Shown here in pieces: positions 21,165 to 30,433 of a stretch of DNA of 64,000 bases. The stretch is taken from positions 4,498 to 68,497 of IMG/VR virus record IMGVR_UViG_3300039431_000490, one strand, 5' to 3'. The position numbers were made by a program, and so were the translations under genes. The DNA is from a virus (lineage: Duplodnaviria > Caudoviricetes). The notes under the pieces were generated by a model, which was given only the letters and a program-made list of their open reading frames with translations, was not told the DNA's origin and did not search any database. Every line of letters begins with the position of its first letter. Positions within the stretch are counted from its first letter, which is position 1.

Positions 21165-22417
21165 TAGCATTTTATGATTCTAAGTTGGTAGCTATAAAAC
21201 TTGGTACACTTGATATCAGTAAAGTATGCTTGGGATCTACTGAAATTTGGCCTAATTCAGAAATAGATGCTCACTCAATTTCTATAGAAGGTCCAACGAA
21301 TATCATTGGAGAAACTAGTAATTTATCAGTATTATATGATAATACAATTCCAATTACTACTGGAGTTGGTTGGACTATTTTTTCAGGAAATGAATATGCA
21401 ACGATTGATGCAACTGGATTAATTACTATTAATTCAATTGCGGATGATAATGAAGTTGTCATCAGAGCTTCATATGGAGATTTAAGTGCATTTAAAACTG
21501 TAAGAGTAACCTATCGAGTTGGATCAACTACTGAAACTGAAGTAGAAACTGTTACCGATGAGGATGGAAATACCACTACTACAGTTATCTCAGTAGTTAC
21601 TAATGAAGATGGATCTAGTGAACAAAATTCAACTTCCACTACTTATGATTTTAGTGGGAATATCACTGGTACGTCAGAAAATACTACTATAAATAATGTA
21701 GATGGGTCCTCGACTAGTACAACCACGAATTATGATGCCAGTGGGAATCCAATCGATACAGTTAATGAATCTACTGATACTTCAGGAAATGTAGATACTC
21801 AGAATATAGAGTACGATGAAAATGGAGATCCAACAGTAACTGGATATACAATTGATACTTCAGCTAATCCTGATGGTGAGAAGGATATTACAGGTGATGG
21901 AGTTAATACAGGATTCTATCCATTTGATGGTGGTGATGGATTTGAATTGCACATAAGATTCAGATCTGTTAAGACTGAACAACCTAATCCCCCGATCGTA
22001 GTAGATACTGAAGATACTAGTAGTTATTATCATTTTACTATTTTAGCTTCTAAGGATCCAAATGTTCCTTATTCAGGTTTTCACATACGTTGGACTTTAA
22101 TTAAGAATAACTATAGAACAGGAAATATTGTATTTGGATATAGAGGAAAAACAGGTAGTGCAACAAATAGGAATCTAGCAATATCGACTCATAACGATGA
22201 GTATGATTATACTATAGCATATGATCCTAAATTAAAGAAGTATCCAAGTAAGTTTAGATGTCAAGATAATCTAAATGGTTCTGCTACGATCACTTTGAAT
22301 ATTGATTTTAATCCACTTGATATAGGATTCACATTAGGATACAATATTAATCAGCAAGGAAAACCTTATCGTTATTCTAATGTACAGATTTATGAGTTTT
22401 CAATAACTAAGTTATAG
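21161..22417 (+). CDS. Putative fibre/adhesin-associated protein with Ig-like domain and Thr/Asp/Asn-rich repeats
   Basis: 'SISIEGPTNI...VGWTIFSGNEYATIDATGLIT' Ig-like (Big_2-type) pattern; repeated D.DGN/SGN units. Confidence 0.6.
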   Translation: MIAFYDSKLVAIKLGTLDISKVCLGSTEIWPNSEIDAHSISIEGPTNIIGETSNLSVLYDNTIPITTGVGWTIFSGNEYATIDATGLITINSIADDNEVVIRASYGDLSAFKTVRVTYRVGSTTETEVETVTDEDGNTTTTVISVVTNEDGSSEQNSTSTTYDFSGNITGTSENTTINNVDGSSTSTTTNYDASGNPIDTVNESTDTSGNVDTQNIEYDENGDPTVTGYTIDTSANPDGEKDITGDGVNTGFYPFDGGDGFELHIRFRSVKTEQPNPPIVVDTEDTSSYYHFTILASKDPNVPYSGFHIRWTLIKNNYRTGNIVFGYRGKTGSATNRNLAISTHNDEYDYTIAYDPKLKKYPSKFRCQDNLNGSATITLNIDFNPLDIGFTLGYNINQQGKPYRYSNVQIYEFSITKL

Positions 22418-22600
22418 TATAATTAAATTTATCATAACTTGGGAGTCCTTAATTAGATTCCTATGTCATTTAATAATGGTGATATTATTAGAGTAGATAG
22501 TGATTCAGAATCAGATACATTTACTATTTAAATGTATATAATTTAGGGATTCATGATAGAGTCCCTAAGTTCAAACTTTATTAATAAATCTTCCAAAATT

Positions 22601-23602
22601 ATGAACCTGAGCAATTTATTTCCTGGAGGATTAGCAAGATGCGCAGTAAAAGAGGGAGTTGGAAAATTATATCCAATAATTTTTGACTTTTCACTCGATA
22701 AAGCTGCAGCTATAATGAATCCTTCAGTTTTTAATGATGGTGGAATAATTCGTGCATGCGTAAGAGGTACAAATTATACTCTTGGACATTCAGAAAAGAA
22801 TTTATTCCCACACTGGGCAGGACCTTTACAGTACATTCATCCAGAAAATGACGTGAGATTAGCTACAGAAAATTTCATTGTTGATTTTGATGATGACTTC
22901 AATGTAACTAAAGTTCGTTACTGTAAGATGCTTGAGCTTCATCAAAGGCAGTGGGATTTCCATGGACTAGAGGATGGACGTTTATTCCGTTGGAATGGTA
23001 AACTCTTCCTTTGCGGTGTCCGTCGTGATACTACACCTAATGGTCAAGGTAGAATGGAGCTCTCTGAATTTATCTTAAATGATACTGAAGCTCTTGAGAT
23101 AAATCGAATGCGAATACCAACTCCAGGTAATGGTGATGAGTACTGTGAGAAGAATTGGATGCCAATTCTGGATAAACCTTATCACTATGTTCGTTGGGCA
23201 AATCCACTTGAGATTGTAGAATATTCTCCAGAAACTGGACAGACTGAAGTTAGGATGAGTAAGATAAATCCTGACTTCCGTCAAGATGTTCGTGGAGGTT
23301 CTCACGTAGTAAGATATAAAAATTACTACATTGCTATGGGTCATACAGTTGAGCTATGGAAACCATATGCAGGTGAGAAAGATTCTATCTATCATGAACA
23401 TTTGATGATCTACGATACGGAGTTCAATTTAATTGCAATGACTGATGATTTCAAATTCATTGATGCTTATATTGAATTCTGTTGTGGAATGGCTTTTGAT
23501 AACAATGGACAGTTGCTTATCTCTTTTGCTGAAATGGATAATAATCCATTTATTCTTAAGCTTGATCCAGATTGGTTAATCAATAAAGTACTGGAGGGTT
23601 AA
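22601..23602 (+). CDS. Five-bladed beta-propeller glycosidase-like protein (GH130/GH43 clan-like)
   Basis: Motifs NPSVF, GLEDGRLF, EKNWMP, RGGS, IEFCCG. The track start (22553) is in a hairpin loop; ATG 22601 is preferred. Confidence 0.7.
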   Translation: MNLSNLFPGGLARCAVKEGVGKLYPIIFDFSLDKAAAIMNPSVFNDGGIIRACVRGTNYTLGHSEKNLFPHWAGPLQYIHPENDVRLATENFIVDFDDDFNVTKVRYCKMLELHQRQWDFHGLEDGRLFRWNGKLFLCGVRRDTTPNGQGRMELSEFILNDTEALEINRMRIPTPGNGDEYCEKNWMPILDKPYHYVRWANPLEIVEYSPETGQTEVRMSKINPDFRQDVRGGSHVVRYKNYYIAMGHTVELWKPYAGEKDSIYHEHLMIYDTEFNLIAMTDDFKFIDAYIEFCCGMAFDNNGQLLISFAEMDNNPFILKLDPDWLINKVLEG

Positions 23603-23605
23603 ATT

Positions 23606-24598
23606 ATGACATTCGATAGATCAGTTTTAGATAGACTAATCAATCTGGAAAATCCAGTACTTGATTACTTATATGTAGCGGAAGAATATATGAAGATCAA
23701 TCAGTATACTGCGGCATTCACGTACTATATGAAGTGCGCTGAGGCTACAGATCCTGAAAGTGATTTCAATATTCGTTATCACTGCTTATGCTCCATTTCG
23801 TATATTTATTGGACTTTAGATAATAGGTGGAGAGGAGCTATACAGTATGCTAGACTAGCAAAAGCTGAATGTCCTGATAGACCTGAAGCATATTATTTAC
23901 TTTCACTTGAACTCTCATATTTTCTTTATGCTGATAATGAGTATGAACAGGGACGTTGGAGTGAAGTATATGAAAATAGCAAAATAGGAGCTTTATTTGC
24001 TAAAGCTAATCCCCAACCTAATTCAAGATATTATCATGGATTAGATGGATTATTAGTTAAATATGCTGAAGCTCTTCTTAGAATAAATCGAATGGATGAA
24101 GCCAAGGAAGTTATGCAGATGAAAGATTATTCAAGTCTAACTTATCAGTTTGATATTGAATGTCGTGACTTCATGTATGATGAACTTCATATCACTCCAA
24201 AACTTCCATTTAACTTAGAAGAGTTTTTCAATTCAACAGAAAAGAAGAATTTCTTAGAGCTAAGGTCAGGTAATATCCTATTTAATTCAGAACCACTTGA
24301 AGATGCTGGATGGCAAGGGACTGCTGTATCTACAAGCATAGATGATACTAATAAGTTTAATCTCCAAAGGCAGTCAAAGTGTATTTACAGTGAAGAATTA
24401 ATTAGAAGATATGAGGATATCCTCGGTGATCATAATCTGATTTCTAAAATTGGAGCTTTGATTATACCGGAACTCAATGTATATTTGAACTCCGATCTAC
24501 ATGACTATAAATTTGAAAGAATTTATAGCATAGTTGATGCTGATTTAGAATTAGCTGGATATGAGAAAGTAGCACCGAATTGTTGGAAATTAAAATAA
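23606..24598 (+). CDS. TPR-repeat protein with degenerate FkbM-like methyltransferase remnant at C-terminus
   Basis: TPR helices (AAFTYYMKCAE, CPDRPEAYYLLS); 'NFLELRSGNILFNSEPLEDAGWQGTAVS' resembles FLEIGA...LE..GW.GI. Confidence 0.55.
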   Translation: MTFDRSVLDRLINLENPVLDYLYVAEEYMKINQYTAAFTYYMKCAEATDPESDFNIRYHCLCSISYIYWTLDNRWRGAIQYARLAKAECPDRPEAYYLLSLELSYFLYADNEYEQGRWSEVYENSKIGALFAKANPQPNSRYYHGLDGLLVKYAEALLRINRMDEAKEVMQMKDYSSLTYQFDIECRDFMYDELHITPKLPFNLEEFFNSTEKKNFLELRSGNILFNSEPLEDAGWQGTAVSTSIDDTNKFNLQRQSKCIYSEELIRRYEDILGDHNLISKIGALIIPELNVYLNSDLHDYKFERIYSIVDADLELAGYEKVAPNCWKLK

Positions 24599-24660
24599 TT
24601 AGAGTAACCAGGTTGATTCCTGGTTATTCTACTAAATAAATAATAAGAAATTTTCAAAAT

Positions 24661-27006
24661 ATGAGAAAGAATATCTATGTAGATATTGACATGAATGGTA
24701 ACAGTATACTAAATGCACAATATGTACAAGGTACTGCTGCCAAGATCAAAGGAAAGTTTATCTTTAAAGTGGATGACTCTACCTACGAATTCGATGGTTC
24801 TCAGGATGTTACTATATTCAAGTCTGATATTATTGGAGATTCGATTTTAGGTGCGAAGTTATCCAATGGAACCAGTGTTCCAGTTGTAGATGGAGTTTTA
24901 CAAATTACAAGTACCTTAGGTACACAAGGTGTAACTGGTAATCGTGGAGTCCAAGGAATTACTGGTAGTATAGGTCTACAAGGTATTACTGGACAACAAG
25001 GTGCACAAGGAGTCACTGGATCTCAAGGTATTACTGGAGCTAAACCTGCTCAAGGAGTTACCGGAGCTAAGGGTATTCAAGGAGTCACTGGAAATCAAGG
25101 ACCAGTAGGATCCACGGGTATTCGTGGAGATCAAGGAGCTCAGGGTGTAACTGGATCTAGAGGTGCACAAGGTATGACCGGAGCCAATGGTACCGCAGGT
25201 GCTCAAGGTATAACTGGTAATAAGGGTGTACAAGGAACTACGGGTGCTCAAGGTATAACTGGTCAACAAGGCTTAAAAGGTGTCACTGGATTACAGGGTG
25301 TTACTGGAGCACGTCCAGCTCAAGGAGTCACTGGTTCTAAAGGACCAACTGGATCACAAGGTATTACTGGACAACAAGGCGTACAAGGTGTAACTGGTAG
25401 TAAGGGTCCTACTGGATCACAAGGTATCACTGGAGCTCAGGGAGCTACAGGTGCCACTGGATTGCAAGGTGTTACTGGTGCTCAAGGTATAACTGGTAGA
25501 GTAGGTACTCAAGGTATAACTGGTAATAAAGGTCCTACTGGATCTCAAGGTATCACTGGTGTTACTGGATTACAAGGTGTAACTGGTGCTACTGGTATTA
25601 GAGGTACTCAAGGTGTTACTGGTGCTACTGGACTACAAGGAGTAACTGGTGCTAAAGGCGTAGTAGGAAATCAGGGAGCTCAAGGTATAACTGGTAAAAT
25701 TGGAGCTCAAGGTGTAACTGGTGGTAAAGGTCCTACTGGATCACAAGGTATCACTGGTGCTAACGGAGCTCAGGGCACTACAGGTGCTAAGGGTGTAGTT
25801 GGTAATCAAGGAGCTCAGGGTGTAACTGGTGCTCGTATACAAGGTGTAACTGGAGCTAAAGGTCCAGTTGGTTCACAAGGAGCTACCGGAGCTAGAGCTC
25901 AGGGTGTAACCGGAGCTAAAGGTCCAGTCGGTTCACAAGGTGTTACTGGTGCTACTGGACTACAAGGAGTAACTGGTGCTACCGGTATTAGAGGTGTTCA
26001 AGGTATAACTGGAGCTAATGGTGCTCAAGGTGTAACTGGAGGTAAAGGTCCTACTGGTGCTACTGGAACTCAGGGAGCTACTGGAGCTAGAGTTCAAGGT
26101 GTAACTGGAGCTAAAGGTCCTACTGGCTCACAAGGTGTTACTGGTACAAGAGTACAAGGAGCTACAGGAGCTAAGGGTCCTACTGGTGATACTGGAGCTC
26201 AAGGAGCTACTGGAGCTAGAGCCCAAGGTGTAACTGGAGCTAAAGGTCCTACTGGTAGTACAGGAGCTAATGGTGCTCAAGGAGCTACAGGAGCTAAGGG
26301 TCCTACTGGTGGTACTGGAGCTCAAGGAGCTACTGGAGCTAGAGCTCAGGGTGTAACCGGAGCTAAGGGTCCAACTGGTGGTACAGGAGCTAATGGTGCT
26401 CAAGGAGCTACCGGAGCTAAGGGTCCTACTGGTAATACCGGTGGTACTGGTTCTAGGGGTTCTCAAGGTACTACTGGAGCTAAGGGTCCTACTGGTAATA
26501 CAGGTGGTACTGGTTCTAGTGGAGCTCAAGGTACTACTGGTGCTAAGGGTCCTACTGGTAATACTGGTGGTACTGGATCTAGTGGAGCTCAGGGAGCTAC
26601 AGGAGCTAAGGGTGCTCAAGGTGCTACTGGAGCAGCTGGGTATACTATTGATTCTGGTGGTACAGTTTCTAACTCCATTGCACAAAGATCAGGTACAGCT
26701 CTATATGCAGCTGGAGGATTCTTCCAGTCATCTGATATAAGGCTAAAGACTAATATTGAAGATATAGAAGTTGAAGGAATGTTAGCTAAATTAACTAAAC
26801 TTCGTACAATATATTATCAATTAATAGGTCATGAAGATGATCCAGTTCAAATTGGTCTTATTGCTCAAGATGTACAAAGGGATTTCCCTGAACTAGTAAT
26901 TACCGGTAAAGAAGATGGTATCCTAAGAGTAGCATACAATAAACTTGCAGTTTTAATCTTAGTAGCTATCGATGAGCTAATCGAGAAACTCGGGATAAAA
27001 CTTTAA
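24661..27006 (+). CDS. Thr-rich collagen-like tail fibre with C-terminal peptidase S74 intramolecular chaperone
   Basis: About 580 aa of G-X-Y; '[16 protein letters not shown]...[16 protein letters not shown]...V.Y' is the canonical S74 signature. Confidence 0.9.
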   Translation: MRKNIYVDIDMNGNSILNAQYVQGTAAKIKGKFIFKVDDSTYEFDGSQDVTIFKSDIIGDSILGAKLSNGTSVPVVDGVLQITSTLGTQGVTGNRGVQGITGSIGLQGITGQQGAQGVTGSQGITGAKPAQGVTGAKGIQGVTGNQGPVGSTGIRGDQGAQGVTGSRGAQGMTGANGTAGAQGITGNKGVQGTTGAQGITGQQGLKGVTGLQGVTGARPAQGVTGSKGPTGSQGITGQQGVQGVTGSKGPTGSQGITGAQGATGATGLQGVTGAQGITGRVGTQGITGNKGPTGSQGITGVTGLQGVTGATGIRGTQGVTGATGLQGVTGAKGVVGNQGAQGITGKIGAQGVTGGKGPTGSQGITGANGAQGTTGAKGVVGNQGAQGVTGARIQGVTGAKGPVGSQGATGARAQGVTGAKGPVGSQGVTGATGLQGVTGATGIRGVQGITGANGAQGVTGGKGPTGATGTQGATGARVQGVTGAKGPTGSQGVTGTRVQGATGAKGPTGDTGAQGATGARAQGVTGAKGPTGSTGANGAQGATGAKGPTGGTGAQGATGARAQGVTGAKGPTGGTGANGAQGATGAKGPTGNTGGTGSRGSQGTTGAKGPTGNTGGTGSSGAQGTTGAKGPTGNTGGTGSSGAQGATGAKGAQGATGAAGYTIDSGGTVSNSIAQRSGTALYAAGGFFQSSDIRLKTNIEDIEVEGMLAKLTKLRTIYYQLIGHEDDPVQIGLIAQDVQRDFPELVITGKEDGILRVAYNKLAVLILVAIDELIEKLGIKL

Positions 27007-27057
27007 TATATAATTAGCATCTCTTAATTGAGGTGCTAATTTCCAAGTAATATTATT

Positions 27058-27372
27058 ATGAAAAGATTTGCAGTTATACTCACAACTATACTATTATTAG
27101 TAGTAAGTTGTGGTCCAACTAAAAGACTTCAATATTTTGAGCCAAGATACTCAAGTGGACAAAATGTTGATGTATACTACATAATAGATAGTGTAGTAAC
27201 TGCTGATAACCTTAATATGGTTGATATTGATAAGTGGCTTAAGAGTAATTTAATTACTAATAAGGGTGCAATCAATATCATGACATATGATGAGGTTAAA
27301 GATAAAAGGATGTATATCTTGACAGTTATACAAACAGATTCTTTATACTATTATAAATATCGAGTAGAATGA
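27058..27372 (+). CDS. Putative lipoprotein
   Basis: Basic N-terminus, hydrophobic core and lipobox-like VVSC. Confidence 0.7.
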   Translation: MKRFAVILTTILLLVVSCGPTKRLQYFEPRYSSGQNVDVYYIIDSVVTADNLNMVDIDKWLKSNLITNKGAINIMTYDEVKDKRMYILTVIQTDSLYYYKYRVE

Positions 27373-27965
27373 GATCATTTGGTTGTGTAAAGAGTACCTT
27401 AATAGGTACAGAATATACTATTCGGAATCAAATGAGATTATTCATACCCGAACAGTATAAATTATCGAGCTTATGTCCAATTGCAGATCAGGGAGATAAA
27501 CCTATATGTGTATCAGAATCACTATCAGAAATGGTAAGGTATTCACTACACTTCTATAGAACTAAAATTAACTTTCCTGATGACATTTTTTATAAATTAG
27601 ATAAAACTGCTAGCTATGAAGGTATGCAACCTAAAACTGCCTTCGAGATATTAGTCCGTGGTATGGTTCCTGGACTTAGAAATAGATTCAGTCTATACGC
27701 TAAAGTTCCTAGTGTGCCATTAATTAAAGATTGTATCCTTAATTTCGGACCAGTAATGTTAGCTCTTCCAGCAAGATCATATGATAATGCATTCTGGAGG
27801 GGTGGATCATTACTCGGAGGCCATGCAGTTGTTGCAGTTGGATGGACTAAAACTGGAATTATCATAAAGAATTCTTGGGGAATAACTTATGGTAATGGTG
27901 GATATTATGAACTTCCTTATGAAGAGTCAAATCAAATTTGGGAATCTTGGACGCTAATTAAATAA
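27369..27965 (+). CDS. Papain-like cysteine peptidase (C1 family)
   Basis: DQG..PIC (Gln/Cys), GGHAVVAVGW (His), IIKNSWG (Asn), GNGGY. Confidence 0.85.
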   Translation: MRSFGCVKSTLIGTEYTIRNQMRLFIPEQYKLSSLCPIADQGDKPICVSESLSEMVRYSLHFYRTKINFPDDIFYKLDKTASYEGMQPKTAFEILVRGMVPGLRNRFSLYAKVPSVPLIKDCILNFGPVMLALPARSYDNAFWRGGSLLGGHAVVAVGWTKTGIIIKNSWGITYGNGGYYELPYEESNQIWESWTLIK

Positions 27966-27995
27966 TTTTTAACATTTTAATCATATAATCGTATT

Positions 27996-30317
27996 ATGGC
28001 AGTAACAAAAATCTATGAACCATATGTACGGGTTAAAGAGGTAATCAGAGATTATCCTACTCTCCTGAACATCGATGGTACATGCAACATCGGAGGTGTC
28101 ATTGTTGCTCCAACAGGTCCTCGTCTTGCTTTTGTTAATGGACCTCAGGATTTTCTGGACAAATATACCATTGATGGTAGAGTTCCTCGCAATGCTGACA
28201 TTACTTTCTTAAATGCTTATTATCTGTCATTCTCTGCAGGTTTGGTTCTTGCACGTTCAATGAATACAACTGCTGTTGATGGATTATTCTTCACTGTTGA
28301 GAATCTTACTCTGTACAAGATGTTCATCGAAATCGATGAAGAAACATTATGGACAGTTAAAGTAGGTGAGAAGTATTACTTCTATAATGATAAGAGTAAG
28401 AAGCCTAAGGACTTCTATACTCGTATGAAGAATAAAGATCAGGATGATAAGGCAGTCGAATGGATTGCAAATAATGATGAGGAAACTTTCTTAGCTAAAG
28501 ATGCAGCAATTTTTGTTGATAGCTTACAGGCACTTGCAGTAGCTATTAATGAAGCTGATGAAACAGCGGAAGCTAGTTATGATGCATTTGCTGGAGCAAT
28601 TGTATCAAAGAAAGATCTTTATTCAGCTAACATGAATTCTTATGGACTTACCATTGAAAATGGTAAGGCTGGAGGTTATTCTAATGGCGTAGTACTCAAA
28701 GCTGAGCACCTACTTTATAAAGATAACGTAGCTCTAACTAATCAGTATGATATTACTTTTGCTGATGATGCTGTAAATACCGATGGCAGCTTTAAGAAGA
28801 GCTTTATCTTTACATTCGGACAATCAGCTTACTATCATGGTGCAGTTGATCGTTCAGCATATCAAGAGTATAGCATCCTTAAGGTTGATACTGTTGCAGA
28901 AGTTTTAGCTTCTATTAATGGATACGCTGGAATTGCTGCAGGATATGAGTCCAAAGATAATTATAAGAAGATCAATATTTTCTGCAGTGATGGAAATGAA
29001 ATCTATGCAGAAGATGGGAAAGATCCAGATGGAGTAGCTTACAATGTAATCACTACTTCTGATGATTGGGTTGAGATCCATACTGATTACAATACTAATA
29101 AGAAGCTCTTTGAGGTCTATCCAGATGATCCTCAGGAAGGTAACAATTTCCGTCTTGCAGTCGGTCCAGATGAAGGGACTCTATTCTATCTCACTCTTAA
29201 GAATGAGAAAGATGAGCAGGATACCTATGAAGCATCCTTACTATCTGATGGACTTGATTCTGCAGGTGTAAATGCTTACATTGAGAATCTTAATACTCTG
29301 AGAATTGGTTATACTTTCTTAGTTAACCAAGACTTTAAATATCAAGATTTCGAAGTCGGTGAAGCTTCTATTGAGCAGATTGAAATCAAGATCAATCAGG
29401 CGTGGTCATTCGGTGACTCTGGTTTAAGTCTTGAGTCTTCTAAGGATATGGCTTGCCGTGTAAATGGCTTGTACGTTCTTGAAGATCAGGAACTTTATGA
29501 TATCGAGTACCTATCCTCATTTGGTATAGTTGATCTACAGTTCATCAAGAATTATACTTTAGTTGGTAAGAATAACTATTGGTTCACTCCAGTTGATATT
29601 CCTTGGAATCGTACCAATAAGAATTCCATCAAGCAGTATTTCTTGAATGTAGATAATACTTCTAATGTACTTGCAATTGGTCCATTCGATAAGAATACTG
29701 GTTTGACTGGCTGGATGTTTAAGCTTGCTCCTACATCACTTTATTATACTAAGGTAATGAATAATAGAGCTGCTAATTCAGAGTATGCTCCAGTATTTGA
29801 CATCACAAATGGTATCCTTGATTATACTAACCCTTACTACCTACTTGGTGCAGATGAGCGTGAAGCTCTTCTTAACTTCAAGTGTCCAGTAAACTTTGTT
29901 AAGTATAATCAACGTGCAGATGTCTATTATTTCAATGATAATAGAACTCACCAGACTGCTGCTAATCCTGCGGGTGAGGAACAGAATCGTCGTCTCATCA
30001 ATAGAATCAATAAGGATCTTAAGAGGATCCTTGAGCCATTCAAGGGACGTCTAAATACTGTTACTACTCGAATGGATGTTGAAACAGTTATTGACCGTTA
30101 TTTCCAACAGTATATTCTTCCTCAGAATTACACAGTCGATGCTTATGATCGTAAGTGTAATGAAGAGAATAATACTCCGGATATTATCACGGCTAACAAG
30201 CTTAAGGTCTGGGTTGGTGTACGTCTGAATAATGCTATTAAGTATATTGATGTACTTGATGAAGTATTTGCTATTGGAATGGAATTCGATAGCAACCTGG
30301 CACAGTCAGCTTATTAA
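27996..30317 (+). CDS. Contractile tail sheath protein
   Basis: N-terminal EPYVRVKE; C-terminal 'EEQNRRLINRI...CNEENNTPDIITANKLKVWVGVRLNNAIKYI' sheath signature. Confidence 0.85.
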   Translation: MAVTKIYEPYVRVKEVIRDYPTLLNIDGTCNIGGVIVAPTGPRLAFVNGPQDFLDKYTIDGRVPRNADITFLNAYYLSFSAGLVLARSMNTTAVDGLFFTVENLTLYKMFIEIDEETLWTVKVGEKYYFYNDKSKKPKDFYTRMKNKDQDDKAVEWIANNDEETFLAKDAAIFVDSLQALAVAINEADETAEASYDAFAGAIVSKKDLYSANMNSYGLTIENGKAGGYSNGVVLKAEHLLYKDNVALTNQYDITFADDAVNTDGSFKKSFIFTFGQSAYYHGAVDRSAYQEYSILKVDTVAEVLASINGYAGIAAGYESKDNYKKINIFCSDGNEIYAEDGKDPDGVAYNVITTSDDWVEIHTDYNTNKKLFEVYPDDPQEGNNFRLAVGPDEGTLFYLTLKNEKDEQDTYEASLLSDGLDSAGVNAYIENLNTLRIGYTFLVNQDFKYQDFEVGEASIEQIEIKINQAWSFGDSGLSLESSKDMACRVNGLYVLEDQELYDIEYLSSFGIVDLQFIKNYTLVGKNNYWFTPVDIPWNRTNKNSIKQYFLNVDNTSNVLAIGPFDKNTGLTGWMFKLAPTSLYYTKVMNNRAANSEYAPVFDITNGILDYTNPYYLLGADEREALLNFKCPVNFVKYNQRADVYYFNDNRTHQTAANPAGEEQNRRLINRINKDLKRILEPFKGRLNTVTTRMDVETVIDRYFQQYILPQNYTVDAYDRKCNEENNTPDIITANKLKVWVGVRLNNAIKYIDVLDEVFAIGMEFDSNLAQSAY

Positions 30318-30433
30318 TTGATATAACATGAATTTTTGATCTCAAAGTTCAGGTTCAATAAAGTTTATTGAGATCATTCTCCCAGTGGATTGAGTTTCAC
30401 TGGGAGTTCCTAATAAATATAAATATTCTAATA

